From contig OZ244720.1 of assembly GCA_965219085.1 (NCBI GenBank), positions 1,728,001 through 1,792,000 of the forward strand: 64,000 bases of DNA. The letters are read 5' to 3'. Within the stretch, counting starts at the first letter, position 1, and each line of letters opens with the position of its first letter. The position numbers were made by a program, and so were the translations under genes. The notes beneath the pieces were generated by a model. That model made no database searches. It was given only the letters and a program-made list of their open reading frames with translations, and was not told the origin of the DNA. Positions 19,411-30,292 of the stretch are shown one piece after another. This stretch comes from Dehalococcoidia bacterium (GTDB lineage Bacteria > Chloroflexota > Dehalococcoidia > UBA2979).

Positions 19411-19757
19411 ATACGGGTTGTTTGCCTGGATTCGCCGGACGCCGTCTCCGCGTCAACTCCGGCTGGCGGCGGCGGGTGGTGGCTCTGCGCCACCGGTCAC
19501 CGCTGGAGGTGCGACGCCCGGCTAGCCCTGGCCTGCTCTGTCCAAGGGTCCGCTCCTCCCGGTTCAGGCGCGCTGTGCGCTCCCGAGGAACATCCTGATC
19601 GACTTCACGATCAGCCTCCATTCCTCGTGTCTGCACTTCGATCATGCTCCTTCCGATCTCGCTTTGCAAGCGAGCGAGAGCGTGGATGTAACGGGGCGCG
19701 CGAGGCCCCAACGCCACCGTGGGGCAGCCGCACGAGACCCGGGCCGTGGGGGTGTGC

Positions 19758-19833
19758 TGGCGCCCCCGGGAGGATTCGAACCTCCGGCCTTCGGATTAGA
19801 AGTCCGCTGCTCTGTCCACTGAGCTACGGGGGC
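19758..19833 (-). tRNA. tRNA-Arg (anticodon UCU), CCA encoded
   Basis: Reverse complement GCCCCCGTAGCTCAGTGGACAGAGCAGCGGACTTCTAATCCGAAGGCCGGAGGTTCGAATCCTCCCGGGGGCGCCA folds as a cloverleaf with a GTTCGAATC T-loop. Confidence 0.96.
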
Positions 19834-20029
19834 CGTCGGCGTGACGACTCTGGCCGAACCATCGTACGCCGCGCAACGGGCGACGGGCGTCCACGAACGT
19901 GATTCGCTGACCGTGATATTCACTTCTGGCGCAACGGTTGCTATGATGCCCGCCCTACCACTGTTGCCGTACGCATCCGTAGACCCTGCCGTTGCCCGCC
20001 CCGCGTGGCGGTCGGAGCCGGAGTGCGAC

Positions 20030-23000
20030 GTGACCCCGAAGCGATGCTGGGCGGGCGTGCGGACGTATCGGGACACTGCGCGCGTCGGCATCGTGCTCGT
20101 GATGGCCGCGCTCGTGGCTGCCGCGCCGCCCACATCCGCGCAGTCGCAAAACGTGCTCCCGAACGGCGGGTTCGAGGACGGCGACTCCGGGTGGTCGCCG
20201 TCGGCGACCAACGCCACCTTCACCATCGACGAAACAGAACCCGTGCACGCCGGCTCCGCGGCCGCGCACCTCACGGCGAGTGACACGGGAAGCATCTCGA
20301 TCGACTCGCAGTACTGGTGGGCGCCCATCGACGAACTCAAGCCGCACGCGATGAGCATCTGGGTGCACGCCGCCGACGCCGGAATCAGCGGCGTCTCAGC
20401 GAGCCTCGAGGTGCTGGACGAAGACGGCGTGGTGCTCGAGAGCAAGACCGGCATCCCCGGGGCAGGCAGTGGGTGGCGGGAGATCACGACCATGCCTGTA
20501 CCGGCGCAGGTGGGGAGTGCGTACCTGCGAGCCGTGGTGCGTGCCACGGCAGCGAACGTCGGCGCGACCCTCCACATCGACTCGGCAGTGGTCACGCTCG
20601 CCGCGCCAGAGCCGACCGCAACGGCTACGGCGACCTCGACCGCTACAGCGACGGCGACCTCGACCGCTACGGCCACGGCGACCGCTACGGCCACGGCGAC
20701 CGCTACGGCCACGGCGACCGCGACGGCCACGGCAGCGCCGACGCCGACGCCCCCGGCGGCGCTCTCGCCCGGGAACCTCCTCCCGAACGGGGACTTCGAG
20801 GAAGGCTCCCACGGCTGGGCGGCGCCAACAAACGACGCGGCGTTCACGGTAGACGACGCCGCCCCGGCGCAGGCGGGCAACCCCGTCGCGCACCTGATCG
20901 CTACTCGGCCCGGGACGATGACGCTTACTTCGCAGTACTGGCTCGCCGAGACGAACGAACGCGCCTCGCACACCATGCGCCTCTGGGTGCACGCCGCCGA
21001 CAACGCCATCAGTGGGGTTACGGTGGCGATCGAGCTGCTGGGCGCTGAGGGAACCGTACTTGCGACCGCGATCGGTACCACGGGGAACAACACGGGTTGG
21101 CACGAGATCCGGGCCGGGCCCGTGCAGGCGATGACCGGCGGCAAGCACGTGCGCGCCGTCGTGACTACATCGGCTGCCTCTGCAGGGGCGGCACTGCATG
21201 TCGATGCGGTCGAGGTCTTCGCGTCCACGCCGGTTCCGCCGCCGCCGCCATTGCCGACACCGACGGAGGTCGCGCCGCCCCGGCCACTCCCGAAGCCCAC
21301 GGTGACGGTTCGGCCGTTGCCGGTGCTGAAGCCGACGGTCGCGCCCATGCCCGGCCCGGTCGCGGTGGCGGTCGTCAGCCTCGCCGATCCGATCACGCCG
21401 CCGGTCGCGACGCGCCCCAACCCGACGACCCCGCAGGCAGCCACTCGCCCCGCCCTGACCACCGCGCCGCCGGCGCCTGCGACGCCGGAAGGTGGAGGAG
21501 GCCTGCTCCGCAACGGCGATTTCGAAGCGCCGGGCGGGCTCTCCGGCTGGCGGAGTCGCGGGGGACAGGCTCGCGTCGACACGGAGGCCACGGGTTCACG
21601 CACGGCGGTACTGACCTCGCGCACGACCGCGACAAAGTGGCTCTACCAGACTGCGCAGGTCACGCCGGGTGCGTGGTACGAGGCGGGCGCGCGACTCCAA
21701 CTGCGCGATGACGCCGAACTGGGGCTGGTGCGCGTTGCCTGGTACGCATCGACGGACGGTAGCGGCAGGCAACTCGACACGGTCGACTCGTCGTCCGTGG
21801 CGGGCGGGGCACAGGGACTTGTCGAGGTCGCGACCGGCGCCGTGCAGGCGCCGCCGTCTGCGCGCAGCGCGCAGGTACGTCTGATGCTCCGTCCACGCGG
21901 CAGCCAGCTCGCCACCCTCGTCGCCGACGACGCGTACTTCAAGCCCACGACCCCGCCGCCGCCGCCGCCGCCCCCGACCCCAACGCCGACGGCAACCCCC
22001 ACGCCGACCCCCACGCCGACAGCGACCCCAACACCGACAGCGACCCCAACGCCGACGGCGACCCCAACCCCGACCCCAACGCCGACGGCCACCCCCACGC
22101 CGACACCGACCCCAACGCCGCCGGCCACCCCCACGCCGACACCGACCCCAACGCCGCCGGCCACCCCGACGCCGACGGCCACCCCAGCGCCGACCCCGAC
22201 GCCAACGCCAACCCCGACGCCGACGCCGACCCCAACCGCAACGCCGACCCCAACCCCAACCCCAACGCCGACACCGGCACCAACGGCAACCCCAACGCCG
22301 ATGCCGACTGCGACAGCCACACCGGCCGCGACTCCTCAGCCTGCCCCGACACCTGTGGCCAGCCCAACCCCGCTACCCACGCCGGCTGCGGACCCAACGC
22401 CGGCGGCGGCGCCGATGTCGGTGCCGCGGGTCGTGCAGGACGCTACGCCGGCAATCGCGCAGACCCCGCCGTCGGCGCTGCGACCGGCGACCCCGGCGCC
22501 TCCGGCCCAGGGGCTCTCGCCGCCCGTGACGGCCTTCGATATCCCGCTGCGCATCACCGCGCTGCTCCCAGACCCCATCGAGCCGGGGCCTGACGCCCGG
22601 TACGAGTGGATCGAGTTGACGAACGTCGGCAGGTCGCCGCTGCGTCTCGGCGGGTTCGAACTCCGCGACAACACGTCGGCTCTCACGCTGCCGGATGTTG
22701 AACTGCCCGCGAGCAGCTCGATCGTGGTGGCTGCAGTGGAGGCCGAGGTCGGCGAGGTCATCGCCATCAGGCTCGACAGCGGGCTGTTCAACGGCCTCGC
22801 CAACGCCGGCGACCGGGTCCTGCTGCTCACGCGCGAGGGCGCCGTGGTCGATGCACTGTCTTACGGCGACGACGCCAGCGCGTTCGGCCCACCCCTCGCC
22901 GCACCCGGCCCCGGTGAGCTCCTGCGGCGACACTTCGCGGCGAACGGCACACTCGTCGCCATCGAGATCGATCCGGCTGACTCGGAACCCGACGGCGCCC

Positions 23001-23269
23001 GAGTCGCGGAGGCGACCGCAGTTCCGGCCGTGGCGGATGAAGCCGCTGCGCCGTCGACGCCTGCCCCCACCGTGGCGACCGAGGCGCCGCCTCCCTCCGA
23101 CGCGAGCACGCCTGCGGCGACCGCCACCGAGGCGGTCCCGGACCAGGGCGCCGCGACCGGCGGCGACGCGGGCGTCAACCGCGCGGCCTGGATCGCGCTC
23201 GCCTCGATCGCCCTCGGCGCGCTCGCCGGTGTCGGTGCGTTCCGGCTCCGCGAGCTGCTGACCGTGTAG
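20030..23269 (+). CDS. Secreted, membrane-anchored protein: three CBM4/9-like domains, TA/PT linkers, lamin-tail-like domain, C-terminal TM helix
   Basis: Signal-like N-terminus; three (N/G)(V/L)L.NG.FE...GW repeats; ITALLPDP...EWIELTN...LANAGDRV.L (LTD-like); hydrophobic C-terminus. Start GTG at 20030 follows a GGAG; the ORF is open from 19841. Confidence 0.75.
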   Translation: MTPKRCWAGVRTYRDTARVGIVLVMAALVAAAPPTSAQSQNVLPNGGFEDGDSGWSPSATNATFTIDETEPVHAGSAAAHLTASDTGSISIDSQYWWAPIDELKPHAMSIWVHAADAGISGVSASLEVLDEDGVVLESKTGIPGAGSGWREITTMPVPAQVGSAYLRAVVRATAANVGATLHIDSAVVTLAAPEPTATATATSTATATATSTATATATATATATATATATATATAAPTPTPPAALSPGNLLPNGDFEEGSHGWAAPTNDAAFTVDDAAPAQAGNPVAHLIATRPGTMTLTSQYWLAETNERASHTMRLWVHAADNAISGVTVAIELLGAEGTVLATAIGTTGNNTGWHEIRAGPVQAMTGGKHVRAVVTTSAASAGAALHVDAVEVFASTPVPPPPPLPTPTEVAPPRPLPKPTVTVRPLPVLKPTVAPMPGPVAVAVVSLADPITPPVATRPNPTTPQAATRPALTTAPPAPATPEGGGGLLRNGDFEAPGGLSGWRSRGGQARVDTEATGSRTAVLTSRTTATKWLYQTAQVTPGAWYEAGARLQLRDDAELGLVRVAWYASTDGSGRQLDTVDSSSVAGGAQGLVEVATGAVQAPPSARSAQVRLMLRPRGSQLATLVADDAYFKPTTPPPPPPPPTPTPTATPTPTPTPTATPTPTATPTPTATPTPTPTPTATPTPTPTPTPPATPTPTPTPTPPATPTPTATPAPTPTPTPTPTPTPTPTATPTPTPTPTPTPAPTATPTPMPTATATPAATPQPAPTPVASPTPLPTPAADPTPAAAPMSVPRVVQDATPAIAQTPPSALRPATPAPPAQGLSPPVTAFDIPLRITALLPDPIEPGPDARYEWIELTNVGRSPLRLGGFELRDNTSALTLPDVELPASSSIVVAAVEAEVGEVIAIRLDSGLFNGLANAGDRVLLLTREGAVVDALSYGDDASAFGPPLAAPGPGELLRRHFAANGTLVAIEIDPADSEPDGARVAEATAVPAVADEAAAPSTPAPTVATEAPPPSDASTPAATATEAVPDQGAATGGDAGVNRAAWIALASIALGALAGVGAFRLRELLTV
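21950..22400 (+). repeat. Coding low-complexity Pro-Thr repeat linker
   Basis: Degenerate CCGACG/CCAACG/CCCACG hexamers encoding (PT)n. Confidence 0.85.
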
Positions 23270-23275
23270 TTGCCG

Positions 23276-24519
23276 CTACCGCGCGGCCGGCGGTTCGTGG
23301 CGGGGCAGCGAGACCTCGACCGCGAGCCCGCCGCCCGGGAGCGCCCGCGCCGTCGCCGTGCCGCGGTGCGCGCGCACGATGGCGCGGACGATCGAGAGGC
23401 CGAGGCCCTGCCCTCCGCGGCCGCGCGTGCGGGCGCGGTCCAGGCGCGCGAAGCGCTCGAACAGCCGCGGCGCATCCTCGTCCGCGATGAGCGGGCCCCC
23501 GTTGGCGCAGCGCAGGGTCGTGGTGTCTGGGTCCTGTGCCGTGGCGATCTCGATCCAGCCGTCGCGCTCGTTGTGATCGATGGCATTGTCGACGAGGTTG
23601 CCGGCGAGCCGGTCGAGCAGCATCGGGTCGCCCGTCACCTGAGCCGCGCCGAGGTCGAGCGTCACGCGCAGCCCGAGCTCGTCGATGTCGGCGGCGCGTG
23701 TTTCGAGGGCGCGGCGCACCGCGTCGGCGAGGTCCGCCGCCTCGTCGCGCTGCACGGGCCCCTCGGCCCGCGCAAGCACGAGCAGGCGGTCGATCAGCCC
23801 CTCGGTGCGCTCGATGGCACGGCGCACGACCTCCGCGGTGGCTTCGAGTTGCTCGCGTCCCGCGTTGGGGTCCTCGAGGGTGACGTCGATCTCGGTGCGG
23901 ATGATGGTGAGCGGCGTGCGCAGCTCGTGCGAGGCGTTGGCGACGAACTCCCGTTGCGCCTCGAACGCTGCCTGCAGGCGGTCGAGCATCGCGTCGAACT
24001 GGTCGGCGAGGTCCTTCAGCTCGTCCGGCGGCCCGTCGAGGTCGATGCGCTCCTCGAGGCGCTCGTCGGTGATGCGGCGCGCCATGTCCGCGATCTCGTG
24101 TGCCGGCCGCAGCATCCGCCGGCAACGAACCAGCCGAGGCCGATCGAGACGATGGCCATGAGCCCCAGCGCGATGCTCGAACGCCACAGCAGTTCGCGAA
24201 GCGTGTCTTCCTTGACCTGGGAGACGAGGTTGTCGAACAGCGCGGAGGCCGGCACCGCGCGGAACACACCGGGCTTGCCGCGCACCGGCTGCCCCTGGAC
24301 AAGAAAGGTGAACTCGCCTCGCAGCTCACCCGACTGGAAGTCGAGGCGCTCCTCCAGGGACTCACGCAGGTCCTCGCCGCCGGACGGGAAGTTGCGGGCA
24401 ACGAGCGCGAAGTTGAGCGCGAGCAGCACCGTGCCCGTCAGCAGGAACAGCGCGCCGTACGACAGCGTGAGGCGCAGCCGGATCGATGGCCGCTCGGGGA
24501 CGCCGAGGAGCCGGCGCAT
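23276..24519 (-). pseudogene. HAMP sensor histidine kinase with a 1-nt frameshift
   Basis: The N-part (SIRLRLTLSYGALF, two TM helices) ends WFVAG. The C-part resumes MLRP..., with FVANASHELRTPL (H-box), NLVDNA and GLGLSIV. One base is missing near 24119. Confidence 0.8.
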
Positions 24520-25006
24520 GACCGAGGCTATCGATGAGGCCTCGGATGGTGGCGACATCACCTCGACGCAGGCGGACCGGCTCAAGGAGGTGGTCACGGC
24601 CGACCGCAGCGAACTCACCGACACCGAGATCGAGACGCTCAAGAGCCTGCGCGGCGCCATCGAGGTGGACCGCGTGGCCGTCCTCGCCTCGGTGCTCGGC
24701 ATCACGAGCGCGGAGGTCGAGACGGCGAAGGGGGACGATACGCTGCGCGACCTGCTGGCCGATGTGAACCGCGTCGCCCTCGCCGCCGCCTTCGTCGACG
24801 CGCGCGACGCCGCCATCGACGCCGCCGACGAGGCGGGCGACATCACCGCCGAGCAGGCCGAGCTGCTGCGCGACTCGGGCAAGGGCTTCCGTGGCCACAA
24901 GGGCAAGGGCCGGGGCCACCACGGCCGCTCGGGCAACGGCTGCGACAAGTCCGGCGACTGGTCCGGCGACATGAAGGACAGCACCTCCGTCGGCGACCCG
25001 GCGTAG
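24518..25006 (+). CDS. Hypothetical protein, probably N-terminally truncated
   Basis: Two 'AIDEA..GDIT..QA..L' repeats and a GHKGKGRGHHG tail. The ATG overlaps the divergent kinase start, with no SD or promoter space. Confidence 0.55.
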   Translation: MTEAIDEASDGGDITSTQADRLKEVVTADRSELTDTEIETLKSLRGAIEVDRVAVLASVLGITSAEVETAKGDDTLRDLLADVNRVALAAAFVDARDAAIDAADEAGDITAEQAELLRDSGKGFRGHKGKGRGHHGRSGNGCDKSGDWSGDMKDSTSVGDPA

Positions 25007-25033
25007 TCCCCCCAACGTCGGCACCGGTCATGC

Positions 25034-25059
25034 GAAGGGGCGCCGGGAGGCGCCCCTTC
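25034..25059. terminator. Hairpin terminator between convergent genes
   Basis: GAAGGGGCGCC-GGGA-GGCGCCCCTTC. Confidence 0.75.
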
Positions 25060-25089
25060 TGCGTGGCTGGCTCGTCGCGCGACCGGGCG

Positions 25090-25497
25090 CTACATCTCCC
25101 CCTCGTTCCAGAGGCCGAGGCCGACCGTAACGAACAGCATCGGCGCCACCACGTCGACGAACACCCATACCTGCGAGTCGGGCGTCTGGTCGCCCGCGGC
25201 CCACGAGATCTGCACGGCGTTCCAGAGGAAGAGCAGTGTCAGCCCCACCGCGACGAAGAACTTCGTGTTCGCCACGATGTACGCCCGCACGTCCGACTCA
25301 CCATCCGCTGCCTGCTTCGCCATGAACGTGACGTAGAGCGCGATCGCGAGGCCGACGGCCATCAGCCAGTCGAGGACGATCCAGAGCGTGGGCGTGCCAT
25401 CGTCCCACGCGTACACGAGCGGGTCGGCCACGAAGTGGATCGCGACCGCCGCCCCAATGACGGCGAGGTACACCCCCGCCAGACGCTTCACCATCAT
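25090..25497 (-). CDS. Four-TM membrane protein of unknown function
   Basis: MMVKRLAGVYL... with four hydrophobic segments; purine-rich SD upstream. Confidence 0.7.
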   Translation of the reverse strand: MMVKRLAGVYLAVIGAAVAIHFVADPLVYAWDDGTPTLWIVLDWLMAVGLAIALYVTFMAKQAADGESDVRAYIVANTKFFVAVGLTLLFLWNAVQISWAAGDQTPDSQVWVFVDVVAPMLFVTVGLGLWNEGEM

Positions 25498-25642
25498 CGT
25501 GATCAGCCCCCCTTCCAACTGCGACTGCGAATCACTAACGAGCGCCAGTCTACGCGTTTCTTGCTGCTTCATTAACGACTGGCGTCGCCCATGCAGGTGG
25601 AACGCTCGTCGTCTGGCCGCCGATGTCGGCACGTGCTAGCGT

Positions 25643-25763
<121 letters not shown>

Positions 25764-25909
25764 GCCATGTCGAGACCCTGCGAGGACAGGCGACGGCATG
25801 TTGCAGCGGCGGCGACGCCACTCCACATGCGGCATCGTCCACTGCCTGCCCCCTCGCACGATGGGGGCGCACGGCGAAGCGCGTTCCCGCAGGTGCTGGG
25901 AGTGGCGCC

Positions 25910-26983
25910 ATGACCCACCGTTTCCTGCTCAATCGCTGGCGGCTGCGGCCACTGCTCATCGCATTCACGCTGCTCGCGGCGCTCACCGTCGTCGCCTGCA
26001 CCGGCGACGACGACGAGTCGGCCTCGACCGCGACGCCGGCTCCGCCACCGCCCACGGCGACGGCAACGCCGGCCACGGCTACGGCTACGCCCGCGCTGGC
26101 CACCGCAACCGCGTCGGCGACTCCCGGCACGGCGACACCGACGCCCACGCGAGCGGCGACGCCCGCGTTCCCGCTCACCATCGAGGACTCGGACGGCGTG
26201 GCGGTCACGCTCGAGGCGGCGCCGCAGCGCATCATCTCCTACTCGCCGGGCGTCACCGAGATCGTGTTCGCTGTCGGCGCCGGCGACAGCGTTGTCGCCG
26301 CCGACGAGTTCTCCGACTACCCCCCGGAGACGGCGGACCTGCCCAGGCTGACTTACTCGAGCCCCGACCCCGAGCGCGCGCTGGCGCTCAACCCCGACCT
26401 CGTGATCATGTCGAGCCACCAGCGTGAGCAGATCGAGCAGTTCCGCGGCCTCGGCATGACGGCGCTCTTCATCAATGAGGCGGAATCACTCGAAGGCGTG
26501 ATGGAGACGGTCGTGCAGTTGGGCGCGATCACCGGCAACCGTGAGCAGGCCGCTGAGCTGGTCGCCTCGATGCGTGCACGCGTCGACGCGATCACCAGCG
26601 CCCTCGAAGGCGTCGAGGATGGGCCGCGTGCCTTCTTCGAGCTGACCGCCGACCTCTACACCGTCGGCCCGGACACCTTCGTCGGCAACCTTCTCACGCT
26701 CGCCGGGGCGCGGAACGTCGCGACCGGCGCCAGCTCGCCGTTCCCGCAGCTCAGCGCCGAGGCGATCATCGCCGCCGACCCCGAGGTCGTGCTGCTCGCC
26801 GACGGCGCGTGGGGCGAGAGCCTCGAAACGGTATGCGCGCGTCCCGGCTGGGACGCCACCTCGGCGTGCATCAACGAGCGCGTCCACCCCGTCGACGGCG
26901 ACCTCACGAGCCGCCCCGGCCCGCGCGTGGTCGAGGGCCTCGAGGAGATCGCGCGGCTGCTCTACCCGAACCTCTTTCCCTGA
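25910..26983 (+). CDS. btuF: Cobalamin ABC transporter substrate-binding lipoprotein (BtuF-like)
   Basis: VAC lipobox, PQRIISYSPGVTEIVFAVGAG, LALNPDLV and SRPGPRVVEGLE; riboswitch upstream. Confidence 0.85.
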   Translation: MTHRFLLNRWRLRPLLIAFTLLAALTVVACTGDDDESASTATPAPPPPTATATPATATATPALATATASATPGTATPTPTRAATPAFPLTIEDSDGVAVTLEAAPQRIISYSPGVTEIVFAVGAGDSVVAADEFSDYPPETADLPRLTYSSPDPERALALNPDLVIMSSHQREQIEQFRGLGMTALFINEAESLEGVMETVVQLGAITGNREQAAELVASMRARVDAITSALEGVEDGPRAFFELTADLYTVGPDTFVGNLLTLAGARNVATGASSPFPQLSAEAIIAADPEVVLLADGAWGESLETVCARPGWDATSACINERVHPVDGDLTSRPGPRVVEGLEEIARLLYPNLFP

Positions 26984-27021
26984 GCCCCCAGACACGGCTC
27001 CGATGCAATACTCGCCGTGAC

Positions 27022-27245
27022 ATGGAGATCGTCCACAGCAATCACGCGTTGGAGCGGATGGAGGAGCGCGAGATCGCAGGGCGGATGGTCGAGAGCCTGC
27101 TATTGCGCCGGAGCGGGTGGTCGAAGGGGAGACGGCGCACGAGTGCAGCGGGACGCTTGAGGATGGTCGCCGGGCGATTATCGTCCTGTCCCGCGGCCGT
27201 GAGCCGCGCACCGTCATCACCGTGATGCTCGCGCGCGGGGAGTAG
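27022..27245 (+). pseudogene. DUF4258-like toxin, frameshifted
   Basis: MEIVHSNHALERMEEREI...VESL, then after a 1-nt shift near 27101 IAPERVVEGETAHECSGTLEDGRRAIIVLSRGREPRTVITVMLARGE*. Confidence 0.7.
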
Positions 27246-27246
27246 G

Positions 27247-27501
27247 ATGGCCGACATGAGAGTTCGCTATGACTCCGACGCCGGCGTGGTGTTCGTCGTT
27301 CTACGCGAGCCGGAGGGCGGCGAAAGCGGCGGCGCGCGTATTGACGAGCGCCGCTACGCCCATTTCGACCGGGCCGATCGCGTGTTCGCCTATGAGTTCC
27401 TGTCCATCAGCACGGGTGTGGCGCTTGACGGCATTGAGCCGCGGGACGCCACGCTGATCCGAGAGGCCATCGACTCGATCGCGCGGCTCGCGGTCGCCTG
27501 A
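27247..27501 (+). CDS. DUF2283-like putative antitoxin
   Basis: MRVRYDSDAGVVFVVL...HFDRADRVFAYEFL; similar to 17090-17341. Confidence 0.7.
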   Translation: MADMRVRYDSDAGVVFVVLREPEGGESGGARIDERRYAHFDRADRVFAYEFLSISTGVALDGIEPRDATLIREAIDSIARLAVA

Positions 27502-27606
27502 ACGGCTCGTCGACTCAACTCGCCCGACGGAGTTCGCCGACTGTGTGCCTGCTGCCGGAGGCGTCCGGGATGCGGAGGATACCCCGCTGGAGGAGGAAAC
27601 GCGGCG

Positions 27607-28467
27607 ATGGAGCAACTCGAAGGCCGCGTAGCCGTGATCACCGGCGGCGGGAGCGGCATCGGCGAGGGGCTGGCCCACGCCTGCCACGCCGCCGGCATGC
27701 GCGTCGTGCTCGGCGACGTCGAGGAGGGCCAGGCCGCGCGCGTGGCCAACGACGTGCGCGAGCTCGGTGGCGACGCCATCAGCGTCCGCGCCGACGTCTC
27801 CTCGCGCGAGTCGCTCGAGGAACTTGCCGCCCGCGCGTACGAGGCGTTCAACGCGGTGCACCTGCTGTGCAACAACGCGGGCGTGCTCACCGCCTCGCCG
27901 CTCGTCGAGACGCCCGAGACGGACTGGGAGTGGACGCTCGGCGTGAACCTCATGGGGCCGGTCCACGGCGTGCGCGCGTTCGTGCCGAGGATGCGCGAGC
28001 AGCCCGGCGATGAGGCCCACATCGTCAACACTGCCTCGGTGGCCGGCACGTTCGCCATCGAGGGGCAGCCGATCGGCGTCTACACCGCCTCGAAGTACGC
28101 GGTCGTGGGCTACTCGGAGATGCTGCGGCTGGAGATCGCGGCCGAGGGGATCGGCGTCTCCGTGCTGTGCCCCGGCGGCGTGGCGACGCGCATCCAGGAG
28201 GCCGGGCGCAACCGCCCGGACGCCCTCGGCGGCCCGGTCGAGCAGGCGACCGAGGACCTCGCGCGCCGACGGGAGCGGGCGGCGGCCACCGGGGTATCCC
28301 CGGATCGCGGAAATCGCCCGCCTGCGATGGAGCCGCGCGAGGTGGGCGAGCGCGTGCTGGACGGGGTGCGGGCGAACCGCCTCTACATCTTTATCCACGC
28401 CGACCAGCGCGGCCCGGTCGAGGAGCGTCATCGCGAGATGATGGCGGCGTACGACGCCATCTCGTGA
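27607..28467 (+). CDS. Short-chain dehydrogenase/reductase
   Basis: TGGGSGIG, NNAG and YTASK motifs; GGAGG SD. Confidence 0.95.
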   Translation: MEQLEGRVAVITGGGSGIGEGLAHACHAAGMRVVLGDVEEGQAARVANDVRELGGDAISVRADVSSRESLEELAARAYEAFNAVHLLCNNAGVLTASPLVETPETDWEWTLGVNLMGPVHGVRAFVPRMREQPGDEAHIVNTASVAGTFAIEGQPIGVYTASKYAVVGYSEMLRLEIAAEGIGVSVLCPGGVATRIQEAGRNRPDALGGPVEQATEDLARRRERAAATGVSPDRGNRPPAMEPREVGERVLDGVRANRLYIFIHADQRGPVEERHREMMAAYDAIS

Positions 28468-28477
28468 CGAGCGCGCC

Positions 28478-29011
28478 GTGACGTCACCCTCCATCGAGCC
28501 GCCTTCGGTCGAGCCACGCCGTGGCGAGCCGAGCGACGCGATGCGCGCGGAGCTGCGCGAAGCGATGCGGCTGCACGCGCGCGACGAGGTCGACGCCGCC
28601 ATCGCGGCCGCCGAGGTGCTCGTGGCCCGCGTGCCGGACTTCTGCGAAGCCCACGCCTACCTCGGCAACACGCTCGTCGCGCGCAAGCGCCGCTTCGCCG
28701 ACGGCCTCGCCGCGCTCGAGCTCGCCGCCGCGCTCTGCCCGCGCGACGCGGGCATCCTCTACACGCTCGGCTGGTGCCGGGAGTTCGTCGCGAACGCGCT
28801 CGAGAAGCCGCGCGCGCGCCACCAGCCGGTCGAGCAGGACGCCGCCACGCTCTACGCGCTGACCACAGAGGTCATGCTCCGCGCGCTCACCTGCGACCCC
28901 GAGCCGGGCCTGCGCGGCGACATCGAGGACATCCTCGACGTGGTCGCGAAGGCGACCGGCATCCCCTGGGACGAGGACGACGAGGTCGGCGATGACAGGA
29001 CGGGGACCTGA
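28478..29011 (+). CDS. TPR-like hypothetical protein
   Basis: PDFCEAHAYLG...P.DAGILYTLG helical repeat pattern; sits within the operon. Confidence 0.65.
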   Translation: MTSPSIEPPSVEPRRGEPSDAMRAELREAMRLHARDEVDAAIAAAEVLVARVPDFCEAHAYLGNTLVARKRRFADGLAALELAAALCPRDAGILYTLGWCREFVANALEKPRARHQPVEQDAATLYALTTEVMLRALTCDPEPGLRGDIEDILDVVAKATGIPWDEDDEVGDDRTGT

Positions 29012-29808
29012 TGCCGCACCTCGACCTCGAAGGCGGCTTCCGGCTGTACTACGAGCGCCACGGGGAGGGGCCACCCGTGGTCTTCGCGCACGGCGCGGGC
29101 GGCAACGCCATGTCGTGGTGGCGGCAGGCGCCGGTCTTCGCCGAGCGCTACACGGTCGTCACGTTCGACCACCGCGCCTTCGGCCGCTCGCCGGACGCCG
29201 AGGACGGACCGGGCCGCACGGCGTTCGGCGCCGACGCGCTGGCGCTCCTCGACGGGCTCGACCTCGGGCCGGTGCACTTCGTCGCGCACTCGATGGGTGC
29301 GCGCACGGCGATCGGGCTGATGCGGCTCGACCCCGGCCGTTTCCGCTCGCTCACCATCTCCGGCTCGAACGCCGGGTGCGTCGACGACCGGCTGCGCGAG
29401 CGCAAGGCCGAGCTGCAGACCCTGGGCGTGACCGCCGGCACGCTCTTGCAGCGCGCGCTGCCCGAGGACTTCAAGGACCGCGAGCCGGAGCTGTGGCATC
29501 TCTACCGCCAGATCCGCTCGATCAACCCGCCACGCCCGCGCGACTTCCTCGCGCCCTCGCCGGAGCTGCGCAACTTCCGGGGCTCGTCGGCGCCGCGGCT
29601 GCTCGAGTCGGGCGTCCCGCTGCTGTGGATCGTCGGCGCGCTCGATCGCGTCATCCCGGCCGAGCTCGTGCGCATGTCGCACGAGCTGACGCCGGGCTCG
29701 CGCTACGCCGAGGTCCCCGGCGCGGGCCACTCGGCCTACTTCGAGCGCCCCGAGCCGTGGAACGCCCAGGTGCTGGCGTTCATCGACGAGGTGGAAGCGC
29801 GCGCGTAG
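29011..29808 (+). CDS. Alpha/beta hydrolase
   Basis: HGAGGN, DHRAFGRS, AHSMG nucleophile elbow and GAGHS. Confidence 0.92.
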   Translation: MPHLDLEGGFRLYYERHGEGPPVVFAHGAGGNAMSWWRQAPVFAERYTVVTFDHRAFGRSPDAEDGPGRTAFGADALALLDGLDLGPVHFVAHSMGARTAIGLMRLDPGRFRSLTISGSNAGCVDDRLRERKAELQTLGVTAGTLLQRALPEDFKDREPELWHLYRQIRSINPPRPRDFLAPSPELRNFRGSSAPRLLESGVPLLWIVGALDRVIPAELVRMSHELTPGSRYAEVPGAGHSAYFERPEPWNAQVLAFIDEVEARA

Positions 29809-29846
29809 CCGGGGTGCTCGACGCTTCGGTGAGCCCTCGTGACCGT

Positions 29847-29900
29847 GGGGCCTGCGGGGTATCCCCGCGTCGAGGGGCCTGCGGGGTATCCCCGCGTCGA
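29847..29900. repeat. Exact 27-bp tandem duplication containing a hairpin
   Basis: GGGGCCTGCGGGGTATCCCCGCGTCGA twice; internal GCGGGG-TAT-CCCCGC; between convergent genes. Confidence 0.85.
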
Positions 29901-29911
29901 GCGCGAACCGT

Positions 29912-30199
29912 CTACCCGATGCGCTCGTTGATCTCGCCGGCGAGGCGCATGTCGTAGTCGCTGATGCCGCCGACGTCGTGGGTGCTGAGCGCGACGTGGA
30001 CGCGGTTCCAGGTGTTGGTGAGCGTGGGATGGTGGTTCATGCGCTCGGCGAGTATGCCGATCTGCGTGATCAGCCCTATGGCCGCGACGAAGTCGGCGAG
30101 CTGCACCTCGCGCACGATCTCATCGCCCTCGCGGCTCCACCCGTCGAGGCCGGCGAGCGCCTCCTCGATCGCGGCGTCGTTGAGCTTGTTCGCCGGCAT
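29912..30199 (-). CDS. phhB: Pterin-4-alpha-carbinolamine dehydratase
   Basis: AERMNHHP...V.LSTHDVGGIS..D..LA signature. Confidence 0.92.
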   Translation of the reverse strand: MPANKLNDAAIEEALAGLDGWSREGDEIVREVQLADFVAAIGLITQIGILAERMNHHPTLTNTWNRVHVALSTHDVGGISDYDMRLAGEINERIG

Positions 30200-30292
30200 G
30201 TCGGCCCCCGTTCGGCGCGGTGTTGGCGGGAGGGTAGGAGGGTGGGGGTGAGGGATGCAAGCAGCACCGCACTGCGCAACATTCTATGAGAA

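Noticed and set aside
19758-19833. tRNA-anchored integrative element
   Set aside because: No integrase and no duplicated tRNA 3' end (att site) were seen in the window.
23270-25006. 578-aa plus-strand ORF as a single gene
   Set aside because: The first ~415 codons are the antisense shadow of the kinase; only 24518-25006 looks protein-like.
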